A stretch of DNA of 63,849 nucleotides, counting the filler, from Reticulomyxa filosa (Eukaryota > Protista > Foraminifera): NCBI GenBank assembly GCA_000512085.1. It is 27 parts of 27 records of this genome, joined end to end, with 100 filler letters (N's around TTAATTAATTAA, not from the genome) between each part and the next. Parts side by side here need not be neighbours in the genome. Positions count along the whole stretch, not along the records: positions 62,618 to 63,849 come from ASPP01013192.1; 26 more parts are not named here. One strand, written 5' to 3'. The position numbers were made by a program, and so were the translations under genes. Of the stretch, positions 62,875-63,849 are shown piece after piece. A model generated the notes under the pieces. It saw nothing but the letters and a program-made list of their open reading frames with translations, was not told where the DNA came from and did no database searches. The stretch's first letter is position 1. Each line of letters starts with the position of its first letter.

Positions 62875-63390
62875 ATGACGCGCACCACCGCTTTCCCCGG
62901 CCTGGCCCGACGCCTGGCCAGCCTGCTGTACGAATCGCTGTTGGTTGGCACACTGTGGCTGCTGGCCGCCGCCGCCTTTACCCCCATCCTGGCCCTGGGC
63001 GACAACGCACCGCTACTGCAGGGGCTGTACCGTGTGTTTGTGGCCGCCGTGCTGTTCGGCTATTTCGGTTACTGCTGGGTCAAGAGCGGGCAGACGCCGG
63101 CGATGAAGCCGTGGCGGCTAACAGTGGCCATGCCCGATGGCCGCCGCCTGAACTGGCAGCAAGCCCTGCTGCGCTTTGCGGTGGCGCTGGTGCTGTTTGT
63201 CGGCGTGCCGGTGCTGTCTTACCTGGCGTGGCTGCCATCGCTGGGCAACCCCAAACTGGCGCTGGGCGCCGCACTGGCGTGGTGGCTGCTGCCGCTGCTG
63301 TGGGTGTACATCGACAACGACAAGCAGTTCCTGCACGACCGTCTGGCCGGCACCCGCATCCTGCTGCTGGCCAAGGGCGAAAAGGCCTGA
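62875..63390 (+). CDS. RDD-family membrane protein (betaproteobacterial)
   Basis: GLARRLASLLYESLL..YCWVKSGQTPAMKPWRL..DKQFLHDRLAGTRI. High-GC codon usage. Confidence 0.9.
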   Translation: MTRTTAFPGLARRLASLLYESLLVGTLWLLAAAAFTPILALGDNAPLLQGLYRVFVAAVLFGYFGYCWVKSGQTPAMKPWRLTVAMPDGRRLNWQQALLRFAVALVLFVGVPVLSYLAWLPSLGNPKLALGAALAWWLLPLLWVYIDNDKQFLHDRLAGTRILLLAKGEKA

Positions 63391-63413
63391 GCGCCCTTAC
63401 CCGCCACGCATGA

Positions 63414-63444
63414 AAAAACCGCCCTTGGGCGGTTTTTGTTTTTG
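63414..63444. terminator. Bidirectional intrinsic terminator
   Basis: AAAAACCGCC-CTTG-GGCGGTTTTT with T/A tails, between convergent genes. Confidence 0.85.
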
Positions 63445-63483
63445 CAGCAGTCAACGCGACCCACTGCGGCCAACGTTTGCCAT

Positions 63484-63849
63484 TCAGGGCCGGGCAGGCT
63501 GCCAGGCGGTACGGTTGAGGCTGGCGGGCGGCTGCCATTGCCAGTTGGCCTTCCAGGCGCCCACCACCAGGTTGGGGTACTCGGCACGGCCCAGGCTGCC
63601 GTTATGCGGCCCAGCGCACGGAACAGGTTGCCGCGTTCGATATCCAGGTAATGCCGCAAATGGTGCAGCCGTAACGCAGATTGGTGGTGAGGTCGAACAG
63701 GTTGTGGTCCGGCGTGCCGATGCTGCGCACCCAGAACGGCATCACCTGCATCAGGCCGCGCGCGCCCACCGGCGAAATGGCGTACTTCTTGAAGCCGCTT
63801 TCCACCTGGATCAGCCCCAGCACCATCTGCGGGTCCAGCCCGGCGCGGG
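63484..63849 (-). CDS. Lytic transglycosylase (SLT domain), 5'-partial, two frameshift errors
   Basis: LDPQMVLGLIQVESGFKKYAISPVGARGLMQVMP..NLRYGCTI/RHYLDIERGNLFRALGR/NGSLGRAEYP: ES, GLMQ and (Y)NG motifs. Confidence 0.88.

Overview
This window is not a contiguous locus. It consists of 27 short assembly fragments joined by 26 identical artificial 100-bp linkers (N44-TTAATTAATTAA-N44). Most fragments are AT-rich, intron-containing protist DNA. The expanded WD40 and Kelch families, homopolymer-rich introns and many pseudogenes resemble a foraminiferan/rhizarian such as Reticulomyxa, which is an inference. Recognisable eukaryotic genes: U2 snRNA, XPD/ERCC2 helicase, a bromodomain+ET protein, a PI3K C2 domain, a USP7-like Ubl domain, a GH16 glucanase, a Ser/Thr kinase, the NDUFS1 C-terminus, a SAM protein, several WD40/Kelch paralogues and Tc1/mariner relics. 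Three fragments are bacterial: an AT-rich, Rickettsiales-like piece (Na+/solute symporter-histidine kinase, a small secreted peptide, IS1595) and two higher-GC betaproteobacterial pieces (rplR-rpsE-rpmD-rplO; ilvI start, RDD protein, lytic transglycosylase). The most notable unexplained signal is a dispersed non-coding element on three separate fragments. It has ~350-bp units carrying two conserved boxes separated by a variable spacer of exactly 19 nt, and in two fragments it is capped by a ~115-130-bp covarying hairpin with a GGCGCC core. Also notable: many introns have T-rich 5' parts and poly-A (not polypyrimidine) 3' splice sites, and the U2 snRNA is structurally expanded.
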